64,000 nucleotides of DNA from Octopus sinensis. Lineage: Eukaryota. The notes under the pieces were generated by a model that did no database searches, was not told the DNA's origin, and saw only the letters and a list, made by a program, of their open reading frames with translations. The translations under genes were made by a program, and so were the position numbers. The stretch lies in contig NC_043005.1 in the NCBI RefSeq assembly GCF_006345805.1, positions 92,752,001-92,816,000 on the forward strand, read 5' to 3'. How positions within the stretch are numbered: position 1 is the stretch's first letter; each line of letters begins with the position of its first letter. Shown piece by piece: positions 13,412-25,289 of the stretch.

Positions 13412-14760
13412 TACAGGGTGGGGCAGAGAGGACGGACATTTTTGAAATGGCTATTATTCAGCCCCAGTGGAAGGGACATATGTCTGACAGGTACCGTTTG
13501 GTCCGTGGTGTCTTAGCATTTTTTTTTCCGTTTCAAGTGAAGCCATGACACTGTAGACGATTGAGCATCGTGTATTTTCCTACAGCACTTACATGAAGAA
13601 TTGAAGAATAATGAGTCTGTCACAGCAGTTCAGTGTGAGTTTTGGCACCAATTCAACATTCACCAAAATCAGGCTGTTCCCACTCGTAACATGATCTTAC
13701 ATTGTGTGAATGCACTTCATACATGAGGTACTCTAATGAATAGGACACTAGTGGGGGCACCATGAATGGTACAGACCCCAGAAAATGTGGAATGTATCAG
13801 ACAAGCTTTGATACGGAGTCTGAATTGCTTTGCTCAGAGGCATTTCACTGAGCTTGGCATTGGTAATTGATCAGTAAGGCTTATTTTGCATGAAGACCTG
13901 CATTTCCACCCATACAAATTGGTCAGTGGGCAACAGTTGAAACCATGGGACTATGCACAGCAGTTTAACTCTGTACATCAGATGGAAGCAATTTTTGAGG
14001 CAAATGACAACCTCGGTTTGTTAATGAGTGATGAAGCATATTTTCATCTCAATGGCAAGGAGAATCAACAGAACTGTTGTTATTGGGTTCTTGAAAATCC
14101 GAGAGAACTGCACGAAAGACCACTGCACAGCCCAAAAGTGATGGTCTGGTGTGCTGTTGGAAAAGCTGCCATCACTGGTCCATACTTTTTTAAGACAATA
14201 ATGGAAATGCTGTTACTGTGAACCCCAAGTGTTAGATCATGATGATAAACAGCTTCATTGTGCCTGAATTATGAAAATGCCTGCCTACTTGACATGTGTG
14301 GTTTCAGCAGAATTGGGCAATGGCCCACACAATCAGAGCCTCAATGGACGTTCTTTGTCCTCTCGTTGGTGACTGTCACATTTCCAGGTTTGCTGACATT
14401 CCTTGGACCCTTTGGTCTCCAGATTTGTCCATTTGTGATTATTTCTTATGGAGAAACCACAAGGCATGTGTGTATGTACATAAGCCCCATACATTGGACG
14501 ATCTGAAGCAAGCTATTTTCGTGAAAGTCACCCAAATTGATAGAGCAACGTTGGAGACAGTGGAGGCCAATTTCCAAGAACGCTTTCAGAAATGCATTAA
14601 TGAAAAGAGACACCACATGATGGATGTAGTTTTGCCCACTTGATTTTGACAAATGCTAATTCAATACAAATGCATTGATGTCAATAAAATTTGTTTGCAG
14701 CTAAAATTAATGATTTTGTGAATTTTTCAAAAAAGTCCATCCTCTCTGTGCCACTTTATA
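13412..14760 (+). mobile_element. Full-length degenerate Tc1/mariner of the DD41D (rosa/Visitor) family
   Basis: Imperfect TIRs TACAGGGTGGGGCAGAGAGGACGGACATTTT / AAAAAGTCCATCCTCTCTGTGCCACTTTATA. ORF pieces contain MSDEAYFHLNG, HSPKVMVWCAV, WFQQ(N) and WSPDLSICDYFLW, with 41 residues between the 2nd and 3rd catalytic positions. Confidence 0.9.
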
Positions 14761-15129
14761 TTTACTATTTCAAATTATGAGCTCTTTTAGTCCCATTCTT
14801 TGTTCTTTGTTTCTCTCTTGCTCTTTTCTGTCATTTTTTAAATTCCAGAATCCTGTTTGCTCCCAGAATCCTCAACTTCACACATGTTCTGTTTTCTACC
14901 GTCTCCTTTTTTCACTTTTCCCTGTTTGAAATCTTGGTCTCCAACAGATTTCCAGTCTGCATTACTTAGATGTATACTTGTCGCATTGATCTATTTTCCT
15001 TCAGTTGAAAGTCCCAAACACTGTTCAGGATCCTTGATATTTCTCTTTGATGTTCACTTCAATCAAAAGGTTCTCACCATGTGTTTTAGTATCCTTGATA
15101 CCTGTCCAGTTTATGCAATATTATTTTCA

Positions 15130-16182
15130 AGTTGCCATAAATCATTCAGTTGTGGTCTTTAAATTTAATCTTCTGCAAGAGCGACGCCTAATTTTCATCT
15201 TTCCTTCAAGATCACTGAGTTTTCATCATCATTGCTATTTATAACTTCTGACTCAGAACTCAAGTGTATTTTTTCAAGGTTTCCTGCTGGTGATGGGCCA
15301 GGAACGTCTGGTCCATGGACAACAAGCCACAAAGCAGACGGTAAAAATAAGCAATGTTTTGCCCACTCTTCAAATTGTGTCCCTGCAACTTACATGAACA
15401 AAAATAGCAGTCATCACTGATTTTTAGGCTCAGGTCCAGGGATATCACTGGACTCCTAAAGGGAAAAAAATTTCTTTTTATATTTTTTCCATTGTTTTAG
15501 TCCTTCAACAAAAATTGAGCAGACCTTATGAAGTGCCCACTTCTTATCTTGGTCTCCTAATACACACCAATGTAGGCATAGTAAGATATTTTGACAAATT
15601 TGGTAATGTTCCTCTGATATTTCTTAGTCATAAACTCCCTACAAATGTAGCAAAAATTATCCAGTCTTGCTGCACATCTTCTAGAAGACATCTTTGCTTC
15701 AGATGAGGTGGAGGTCTGTAGGAAAAAGAGAAGAGGACATTTTTTAACAGCATATATTTGATTTGCCATCTGAATGTATATGTAATGTCATTAAAGGTGC
15801 ACTAAAATGTAACATATGATACAATAAAACGAAGTATGTAATGTATTTACATTGAAAAAAGGCAGTGGGGAAATAACTGAAATATAAAATAGGTTACGTT
15901 TCAACCTAAGCACCATAGCCTTGTAAAGTGTGTCGTTCTCTCCTCACTGTTTGTAGACGACTGAAGCTACAGGGATGCAGGCACTTCTCTGTCTAGCTGA
16001 AGGGGTCTAAACATTGCCAGATGATTATTTTTCAAAATTACCGGCAATTAATAGTGATAATAAAATACAGTCATCAAGCTCGGGCATAATGAGTGATTTT
16101 GTGAAGAAACTGTACATGACAGGATTATTTCTTTGTAATTTTTGAAATCAGCAGATAAAATTTGATCAATTTTACCCAATAA
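15130..16182 (-). mobile_element. Chapaev3-like (CMC superfamily) transposon 5' part, transposase N-terminus decayed
   Basis: Minus-strand frames read MSSRRCAARLDNFCYICREF...YAYIGV, LGDQDKKWALHKVC, EPKN..SDDCYFC and ...ELNDL. Putative terminus TATTGGGTAAAATT near 16182. Family assignment is from remembered motif similarity. Confidence 0.7.
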
Positions 16183-16309
16183 ATGGGAAACAATTTTTTG
16201 GTTGCAGACCAATATATACTCACTCTATTTACTGATATGCAAAGACCTGGTTTTTTTCTGATTTATGGAAACTTAATTGACAACTGTTTCTATCTCTTTT
16301 TACACTCTT

Positions 16310-16362
16310 CCTCCATCTCTCTCTCTCTCTTTCTCACTCTCCACACACACACACACACGCAT

Positions 16363-16399
<37 letters not shown>

Positions 16400-16436
16400 T
16401 GCATTCACACATGCACACACACTTACACACACACAC

Positions 16437-16481
<45 letters not shown>

Positions 16482-16490
16482 ACACACATT
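16310..16490. repeat. (CT)n(CA)n microsatellite
   Basis: Direct reading. Confidence 0.95.
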
Positions 16491-17397
16491 ATGTAATTTA
16501 CCTGTCCTTGTGATTTTCTCATTTCGACCTCTCTGAACAGAACCATGATTTTCTCTTTTTTTGTAGCTTAGAGAGAAGGAAACCAAAGAACAGCACATTT
16601 AATGAAAAATGCTGGATTCTTAAATAGAATTGACTCAGTTTTAATGTCTTTATTCTTATAACTCCAAGAGTGTAATATCTATTTTGAAAATCTTTTGGTG
16701 TTGAGTGGTTGAAGTGGTAAAATGGTTGAGGAACAATTAGAGATTGTGGAAGTTGAACCTTTGTAGACATTAATAATATGTGGAAAATCAGACGATGTTT
16801 GTAGATGGAAAGTCAAACCTATCTTATTTCCCTATGCAGAAATAGGGATGTCCTTTTAGATAAGATAGAATTCACGCCCATAATAAGCCAAAGTAGAAGC
16901 AAACAAGTTGGAATAAAAATGGCAATGACAATCCTTGTAATTGAGTAATTTTATGTTTTTTTAAACTCATGTTTTATTTCAATAATGGCAACATATCAGT
17001 TATTGCATGCAAGTGACAAACATCATAATTTTATCCTTATTTACTAAAGATATCTTGTCATATGTACCCTAACTAGATATAGATTTTTCACTTGTTAATG
17101 TAAAGAAACCCTAAAACTAATTTAAATTGCTGCTAAATTTGATTTATTGACTTGAGGGAAACTCCTTGGCATTTGCATTCTAATAGTAAACAAAACTGTG
17201 AATTAATTACTTGAAAGTAATTTAATTAGGAAGAAAGATCAAATGCTTCAGGCTTTTTGCCTTACAACAAAAACTAGTAAAACCAAAATAGAACCCCATT
17301 TCACTGAAGTTACGGTTAATTCTAAAAGCAAGGACTTTCTAAAAGTAGCTTCAATCTGCATCACACAAATGTTTTAAAAAAGGAGAGACATTTTAAA

Positions 17398-17845
17398 TGG
17401 CTGAGTTCCTTTTGAATGTTGGGCTTCATGGAAGCAAAGTGGCCGAATTCCTTTTGAACATTAGTCCTCATGGAGACAAAGTAGCCGAATTCCTTTCGAG
17501 CATTGGGCCTCATGGAATCAATAACTGAGACCTTTGACTTTATGTTGTGCTTGGGAAGAAAACTCATCAAGCCAAGCAAAATCGCAGTCATGGCAGATAC
17601 TGGTGTCACGCAAATTGGCACCTGTGCTGGTGGCATGTAAATGCAGCCCGGTTTCACACAAATGACTCCCGATGCTAGTGACATGTAAAAGCACCCATTA
17701 CACTCTCAGAGTGGTTGGCATTAGGAAGGGCATCCCATGCCAAAGCAGACTGGAGTCTGGTGCAGCCTTCCAGCATGCTAGCCCAGTCAAACTGTCCAGC
17801 CCATGCCAGCATGGACAACAGACATCAAATGATGATGCTGTTGAT
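17398..17845 (+). mobile_element. RTE-tail repeat with three 42-bp tandem head units
   Basis: Units start at 17398, 17440 and 17482; then GTGCTTGGGAAG...TCAAGCCAAGC (RTE ORF2 end), core and (GAT)n tail. Confidence 0.85.
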
Positions 17846-17989
17846 GAGTACTAGATGTATTAGATCTGAGGATTCTTTGGATAATGGATGGTGCCTTATG
17901 TTTCTTTATCTGACTCTATAATTCCATACTTACCTCCTCCATAGCCCTACACATTTATCATAATCTGAAGTTCTTCAGTTCTGTTTTTG

Positions 17990-18360
17990 CCAACATTAAT
18001 ATGCAGAAATTTCACTAACTTTTGCTGGTTAGCATCCCTACCACTCTCATGCATATCACACCATCACAGACCTCAGTCATTATGCTCAAGACCCTATCTA
18101 TCACCATCACCAAGCACTCGGACTCTGCCATACCACTTCTTCTCAGTTTTCTTTTCTGTCAAGTCTTTCAGCATTTACTTGCATACAACAATAGTGACAC
18201 TACTTTCTTGTCTCTCCCTCCCCCAAATGAAGGCCAAGGCCCTGCAACTTTAGATTCTCACTTTGTTGTGACGTCAATAACTTCATTTCCTGAGTCTCCC
18301 TCATTGTTTACTTTATCCCATATTAGTTTCTCTCAAATTGCAAAGAGAGAAAAATCAGTA
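17990..18360 (-). mobile_element. Highly decayed RTE LINE fragment
   Basis: The minus frame IWDKVNNEGDSGNEV...VVSLLLYASKC* resembles the RTE post-RT YLGD...LLYGSECW region. Confidence 0.5.
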
Positions 18361-19139
18361 ACATTGATCTCTTCCACAAATTCCTCTGGACTAATTGACA
18401 CCAGCAGAGACCTTTAACAGCTTACCTGGATTCCAGAGATATTATTCTGTCCTTGATTGTAGGTCAGCTTGATCAAGGTTGGCCTGTGACTAAACACCAA
18501 CAGCCAATAATAAAGAAGCTAACTTCACTGTGGCAGTCATGCCAATATATTCATTTCTTGAACTTCCTCAGGTTGTTTAGTCTGTTCAATATTAGTTACA
18601 GTCAAATTGTTAAGGGAGAAAAATAAGTAAAAAGCTAGTTCTACATTGAATTTCTCTGGTTTTCAAATGTATAAAGTAAGCATTGCTATATATCTAACTT
18701 CAGTAATGTTGTATGATAACCTATTTGAAGGAGTTGGAAAAGGAACAATGAAATGATAAATTGTTTCGTGTGGGTCTACAATTTACCTGTGGAATTAGTT
18801 ATTAGCACTTGGATTCATTTACTATTTACCTTCAGAACAGACGTGATTGAGCAGATTTGTAATCAAAGGTAGTCCAGTGGTGACCATTCTTTCATTTTGT
18901 ATATAGAAAAACAGACAAAATGTAGAAGTCAAGTGTCTACTGCTTGAAGGAGGCTGTGTGTGATTTGAGGGAGATTTGGTTGCTATTTCTTGCAGGTTAA
19001 AAATACTCTATATGAACACATACCAAACCAACATGCAACAAGAACATGGCTACTCTGGAAGAATTCTGTCCAGACAAAGAAGAAGAAGGTGAAAGAGAAA
19101 ATGTCACGATATAATTAAAGATAGAAAGGAAAGTCTGTG

Positions 19140-19920
19140 GAATCTGGTAGGTGTCTCAATCTATGGAAAGAAATTGAAAAACTTTGGAAGAAGAAGGGCC
19201 TCAGAATTCCAGTTACAGTTACTAGAGTTATTTAAATCACTGCACAGTCATGGACTAATACACTGGTTGCAAGTTCATTGATCATGTCTTTTTATCTTTT
19301 TGTCTGGGAAAGAATTCAGGACAGACTTGCCAAGTTGGTACATTTCTGTGACCATTTTGCACAAAGTACAACATTCACACCTACTTTTTGAAAAGCTAGC
19401 ATTAACTTTATGGACAAAAAGGTTAAGCCTTCAGAAGGTTGCAGAGTGACAGAGTTATTTTGCAAACCCATGTTTGCAATGATGATGATGATGATGATGA
19501 TGCCATCCCATATTTATCTTCATATTTGATCCTCCACATTATTCAATTAAGCAAAAACCAAAGTTCCAAATTTCTAGAATAAAATGGATTTGTACTGACA
19601 AAGGGAATTATTGGAAACATGCAAATGATTTTGTGCATCATTACGTTAAATGTGATCATAATAAATCAAGATAGAAAAAAATCACCAAAGATGCTGCTAA
19701 AATTAATTCTGAATGTCAAACTTTAATGCCTAATTATAGCAGTCAAAGTAAAATTTATAATCAAATTTCTTCAGTGATTAACTGACACTAAAATTTTGCT
19801 GGCATTTAAAAAATATTGCATTACATTTATCAACATATTTCACAAAAATATCCTTACCTCAGAGAAATATTTTCTCATTCACCTATTGTAGCCTATAGAT
19901 GTAAGAAAACAGAAATACTA
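19140..19920 (+). mobile_element. Decayed Penelope-like RT (C-terminal half)
   Basis: Frames give W..FIDHVF (YIDD-like), SINFMDKKV...TELFCKP, SHIYLH, RIKWICTDKGNYWKHANDF and YPYLREIFSHSPIVAYR, in collinear PLE order. Interrupted by (GAT)n near 19480. Confidence 0.75.
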
Positions 19921-20624
19921 ACCAATACCTGTTATTGTAACCAAAACTATTCTGGAGTTTCTGAATGCTGTACCCTTAGAAACAGCTGCAAGAGAGGTAC
20001 GCCTGGTTCATTGTGCAACAGCTTGAGTTGGGGTTTGGTAAACTCAATCACAAATTCTAGCAGAGTTGTTATGATTTATTCAAAAGTGAAATATTTCCTA
20101 TTTGTCCTCAAAACTCACGAAAAATAAATGTATTTTGAGTTACATGCTTTGGAAGGATGAATAAAATGGCAGGAGGATTCCATCAGATTTATATACAAAA
20201 CATCTTGAGTAATTCCTCTCTTTCCTCTTTTCCTTCTTTTCCCCATCTTTTTTCTTGTTTTAACCAGTTATGAAAAAGCAGGATTTGATGACATCTTTTT
20301 TGTTTTGGAAGAAACACAGAATAGTCGGGTTTAAAATTTGAATTTCTGAATTTTTGCATATTTTTCATTTTTCACAATTCTTGTCTGATTTTGAACCTGA
20401 AGTAGACTTTAGTAAACAAAGTCAATCTATGATTTATAATTGTGTAATAATAATTGTAATCCTTTACACAGGCTTTACACAGGTTTGTAATCCTTTACAA
20501 ACCAGTAATTTTTAGTGAAGAACATCTCTTCTGAAAGAGGCATCAGAGAATCAAAACTGCAAGTCTGTCCACCAAGAATGTCCAGTTTCACAAGATTAAT
20601 ATCATTTATGATATTTATGGGTTC

Positions 20625-20754
20625 AGGCACGGCTGTATGGTAAGAAGCTTGCTTCCCAACCACATGGTTCCAGGTTCTGTCCCAATGTGTGGCACCTCGG
20701 GCTGACCAAAGCCTTGTGAGTGGATTTGGTTGATGGAAACTGAAAGAAGCCCAT

Positions 20755-20785
<31 letters not shown>

Positions 20786-20975
20786 CCTACCACAGCTTGA
20801 CAGCTAGTGTTAGTGTCTTTATGTCCATGTAACTTAGTGGGTTGGCAAAAAGTGACCGATACAATAAGTACCAGGCTTCAAAAATAAAAAGTATCTGGGT
20901 GAACACATTCAACTAAAATTTCTTCAAGGTGTTGCCCCAGCATGGCCACATGTCTGAAACGAGTAAAAGATAAAA
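20625..20975 (+). mobile_element. tRNA-headed SINE, near full length
   Basis: GGCACGGCTGTATGGTAAGAAGCTTGCTTCCCAACCAC..GGTTC head; body; TGCCCCAGCATGGCCAC...AAACGAGTAAAAGATAAAA tail. Confidence 0.85.
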
Positions 20976-21852
20976 AATTTTAAAAAAACATAGTTTCAGG
21001 TGTATAATCTTCTGAATTGAAATTTCACTCCAGCTTTTGATTGTAGTGTCATACTCACGAGTATGCTTGACTGACAATACTCTCGAGTGTGGTGCATCGT
21101 TGCTTAACTGACAATAAACTCTTACTTCATTGCTGTAGCAGGGGCATTTGACTGTAGGAACAGTTGCTGTGATAATATCCAAATGCATCTAATTGTAATA
21201 GCAATCCCACCTGTAGTAGAATGGAGAAATGGTTGTAAAATAGTAAAAAATATGAGAGGTGATTTGAAGACTCAGCTTTATTCTTTTTCAAATATTTTTC
21301 ATTCTCGTGTGCATAGCTTCATATTTCCAGTCAACAACGAATGCAGTGAGTATAGAAGTGTTATTCTTGAGTGCATGGAATGATAACATATTTCAATATT
21401 TCAAACTTAATAACTTAGATAGTTTGGCAGCCGATTTATGAGATGCTGCTGAAAGAAAAAGACTCTTTCCATTGGATGGTGTTTGGCTCACTTATAATCT
21501 AGTTGGAAGCAGCAGAACTGGATGTGTTTTCTGCTATGTTTCAAATGTATGATGCAGCAAACGATTTATTTATTTGTTATAATGTTTTTTTTGTTTTTAC
21601 CAGGATGCCTTTGGTCTCAGTCTTTAAATAGACTGGGCTAAGTTTGCAAAGCTGAGGATTCCAGGAAACAAGCTTCCTTCCCTACTCATCTACTTACTCA
21701 CACACATACAGATGTGCATGTGTGTGTGTGTGCATGTTTATGCATCAAGCAAACCTGTCTTTGACTCAGTCTGCTCCTTGCTTTCTATCACCAGAAAGTA
21801 ATGGAGTCATCTCTCAAGAGAATTTTGTGTATTGTCTGTGTGTATATGTGTG

Positions 21853-21890
<38 letters not shown>

Positions 21891-22149
21891 GTTGCTGTAT
21901 ATATTTGTTTGTGTGCATACATATGTATGTATATTTGTGTCTGTGTGTATGTGCTAGGGTCTGTATGTGTGTATATGTCCATGTATTTATATATAAGTAT
22001 GTGTGCCTGTACATGCATGTGGATCTATATATGTGGTTATATGGTGAGAGAGAAAGAGAGCGTGTGTGTGTTGGGGCTGGGTAGGGATGGGCATCATAAC
22101 TATTTTTTATGACTATTTTTTTCATGGACAGATCTTCTCCATCACTTGT

Positions 22150-22262
22150 TGCTGTCTTTTGTCCCCCCACCCTTTATGAGACTCAATTCCTTGAGATTAG
22201 CTTTCACCATTTCTTCCCATCTTTTCCTTAGTCTTCCTCTTCTGCAACTTCCTTCTAATCTA
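22150..22262 (-). mobile_element. RTE ORF2 C-terminal fragment
   Basis: Minus frame LEGSCRRGRLRKRWEEMVKANLKELSL. Confidence 0.7.
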
Positions 22263-23137
22263 GAATGAATTTGATCTGATAAAATGCTTAGATAGTCTTG
22301 ACTATTAATTCTGCCATGAAAAGAAACCATCAGGCAGGCAGATTTCTAAGATATAGCCCCCCCCCCCCAGATCATCACAGATCCTCCTCCATGTTTAACA
22401 GTTGGAAGAAGGCAGTCTGGGTCAAATGCTTCTTTTGGCTGTCTCCAAACGTATACTCGTATACTCGGTCGGTGGCCGGAAATAGGGTAAAGGATGACTC
22501 ATCCGAGAAAATAATTCTTCCACTGCTCTAGGGACAAATTCTGTAGGATTTTACTCCACTCTAAATGCTTTGCAATGTTTGTTTTTGAAAGTAGTGGGTT
22601 TCTGATTGCAGCATTCCCATGAAATCTGGCTTTGTGCAGCTCCTGGCAAACAGATTTTGTGGAAACTGGCTTCTCAAGGTGGTCATTAAGATTTGCTGTA
22701 CTTTTGGGAGCTGTACTTTTGTAATCCTTTCTAACAATTTGTGTAAGGGTCCGACGGTCCTTATCTGAAAGTTTTGGCTTTCTTCCAGAGTTTTGATTTG
22801 ATGAGGAGGTTGTCCCCCTTTCTCAAAGGCTGTCATTACTTTCAGGAGAGTACTTCTTGATACACCAAACATTTTGGCTATTTTCATTATGCTAGCACCT
22901 GCCATACGAGCACCAAAAATTTGACCTCTTTAAAAGTCCATTAGATCTGTCATTTTAATAAATTTTAATTACCTTTCTCGGATGATATCTGAAAAGAAAG
23001 AGCAACTTTAGTAAAACATATTAAGCAACACTAATATTAAATCAAAAAACATAAAAATAAACAAGCTTTTGACAGTTTTATAGATATTTCAAAATTATGT
23101 TGCTAGGGGGTTTCCATTATTTTGTCCAACACCTGTA
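22262..23137 (-). mobile_element. Tc1-like transposon, 5' portion (3'-truncated)
   Basis: Terminus TACAGGTGTTGGACAAAATAATGGAAACC; ORF AGASIMKIAKMFGVSRSTLLKV (paired-like HTH) and HGRINSQDYLSILSDQIH. Confidence 0.88.
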
Positions 23138-23152
23138 TATATATATATATAT

Positions 23153-23490
23153 AGTTGAAATTTACAGAAAAACAAAAGACAAAGACAGGTGTGTGAACAA
23201 CAAGCATGTGTGTTAGTTTGACACTTGGGAAAGTGAGACAGTCTTTTATGTTTCAAGCCTCCGCTCTTCAATTTACTTAATCATAGGTATATTATTGTTA
23301 TTTTAATTTTAATATTTCTATTATATGTAATTTTCTAGATGGTGTAATTTAATTGTTCGTTTTGAATTGATAAAGGGTGGGTTTTTTTCTAATTTTTATA
23401 TATATATTATATTTTGTGAAATTTGATTTAGTATTTCTAAATTGAATTTTTCCTTGTAAGTTAGGAATAATATTCCCTCAAATAATTATT
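23153..23490 (-). mobile_element. Penelope-like LTR fragment with degenerate hammerhead core
   Basis: Minus strand TTGAAGAGCGGAGGCTTGAAACATA at 23247-23271; flanked by (TA)n on both sides. Confidence 0.65.
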
Positions 23491-23499
23491 ATATGTATG

Positions 23500-23555
<56 letters not shown>

Positions 23556-24404
23556 CACACATATTTCTGTATATGTATTCACTCATGAACATACAGAATA
23601 TATTCGTGTAATTAAGTTATTTATAGATTTAAGTGTACTCTCTACCTAAATCTGAGATTTGGAAAAATGAACCACAACATAGTAAAATTGTTCTGATGTT
23701 CCTTATATCGAGAAGGCCATTTATCTTCAGAAGATTGGCATTAGCTTTACATCTATTTTGGACATCAACAGACAAGAGCTGGAAATAGAACCAGAAGAAT
23801 GCTTTTGGAGTTGCTTTGTAAATGGAAGTGATAGATTTCTTTAAGCAGCTAGTCAAACACACAATGTCACTAAATTGGGATGGCGTCGTTACTATTTATA
23901 GAATATCGAAATTGAAAATGCAGCTGATATTCTGGGTCGGTGAATGTGGATTTGATGGCAGTGGATAATTTTAGGATAGTCTTCAATAAATGTTCCATCA
24001 ACCAGCATAATATTTGGATATGAAAAATTGGCAAAGCTGGATAGGTGTGTGTTAAATACGTTGGTTGTTATGTGAATAGGTATGAAGTCTGATATGTAGG
24101 TAGGTGAGTGCTTTATAAGTTGTAGTTACGAGTAATTATTTAATGTATGTTTGTGTTATCACAGTCAGCAAGAAGTACAAGTACATCATGTTTCATTATT
24201 TATCTTCCTTGCTTGTATTGTTTCCTTTATAAATCTTACTGTCATGGTGATGCTTCGCTTTGCTGACTGTCAAGTACGTACTCTAAAACTATGTCCGTGC
24301 GAGAGTATTATTGACAGAATATTGTGTGTTGTTGCATAATGTTACTCTGCTTGCTTACATCAGTATATTGACCATTCGATCATTGACAAGGAAAGGACAG
24401 CACT

Positions 24405-24418
24405 GTTGCCATAGAAAC
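24405..24418. promoter_or_regulatory. RFX X-box-like motif GTTGCCATAGAAAC
   Basis: Close match to the GTNRCC-N(0-3)-RGYAAC consensus (one mismatch) in non-repetitive, CpG-containing DNA; function untested. Confidence 0.3.
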
Positions 24419-24527
24419 ATTGCAAATGAAAATATCAGTTTAAGGGAAAGCTAATGTGTTTGCTGCGAATTAAATTTTGACTGTTTCTTTACGGCAGACA
24501 TTCACATATTGCACAAATATATGCACA

Positions 24528-24563
<36 letters not shown>

Positions 24564-24864
24564 TGTGTGTGCATGCGTTATTTTAATATTCAAATTACCA
24601 TTTTAGGTTATCTCAACCTTTTTTTTTCGCTTAATTTGAGAATCATTCAGATAATGATTGGCCTCATTACTGATTGAGTCATTTTAAACAAAATTTCTTG
24701 GTTTACTACATAAAGTATTCTTGTACTTAATTTATCATTTTCATGCAGAAGGCAACCCTGGGTAATCTCACACACAGCCACATGACAATGATACTATTTC
24801 AAGTTTTCTTTGGTAATTTTACTTTTCATGGTATTCTTTAGGAGTTTTAATAAAAGTCAGTCGT

Positions 24865-25005
24865 CGTCATCATCATTGTTATCATTGTTGTCATCACCAT
24901 CATCATCATCATCATCACCCCCACCACCACCACCACCACCATCATCATCATCATCTTCTTCATCACATCATCATCTTCTTCATCATCACCATCATCATCC
25001 TCATC
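24865..25005. repeat. (CAT)n/(CAC)n trinucleotide tract
   Basis: Direct reading. Confidence 0.9.
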
Positions 25006-25289
25006 ATTGATAACATCCCTTGTTCAAAAATGTCATAAGCTCAGTGTTTTTCTTCACATTGGATAGGAAGTGACAAGCAGCGATGCTTAAGTGCTCATTG
25101 TTCAACTGATCTCTGTTCTCATAGGAGACTTATTAATTTGGGTGACAGATGATGGAGCCCAGGCTCATCAGCCTCCAGAAGTAAGCCATCACTTGGAAGT
25201 AACTTTGTAATGCGTACCATACTTTTGCCATTTGTTTAAGGTGCCTTTGTCAAGATGCCTTCTTGGACCCCCTACTCTTGATCCATCAG

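Noticed and set aside
17934-17975. Minus-strand GAG|GTAAGT donor with DYDKCVGLWR peptide resembling a GNAT start
   Set aside because: Upstream frames have stops and the region is a decayed RTE fragment.
20625-20700. tRNA gene (also at 7564, 29335, 54030)
   Set aside because: A/B-box-like heads continue into SINE bodies and do not form a cloverleaf.
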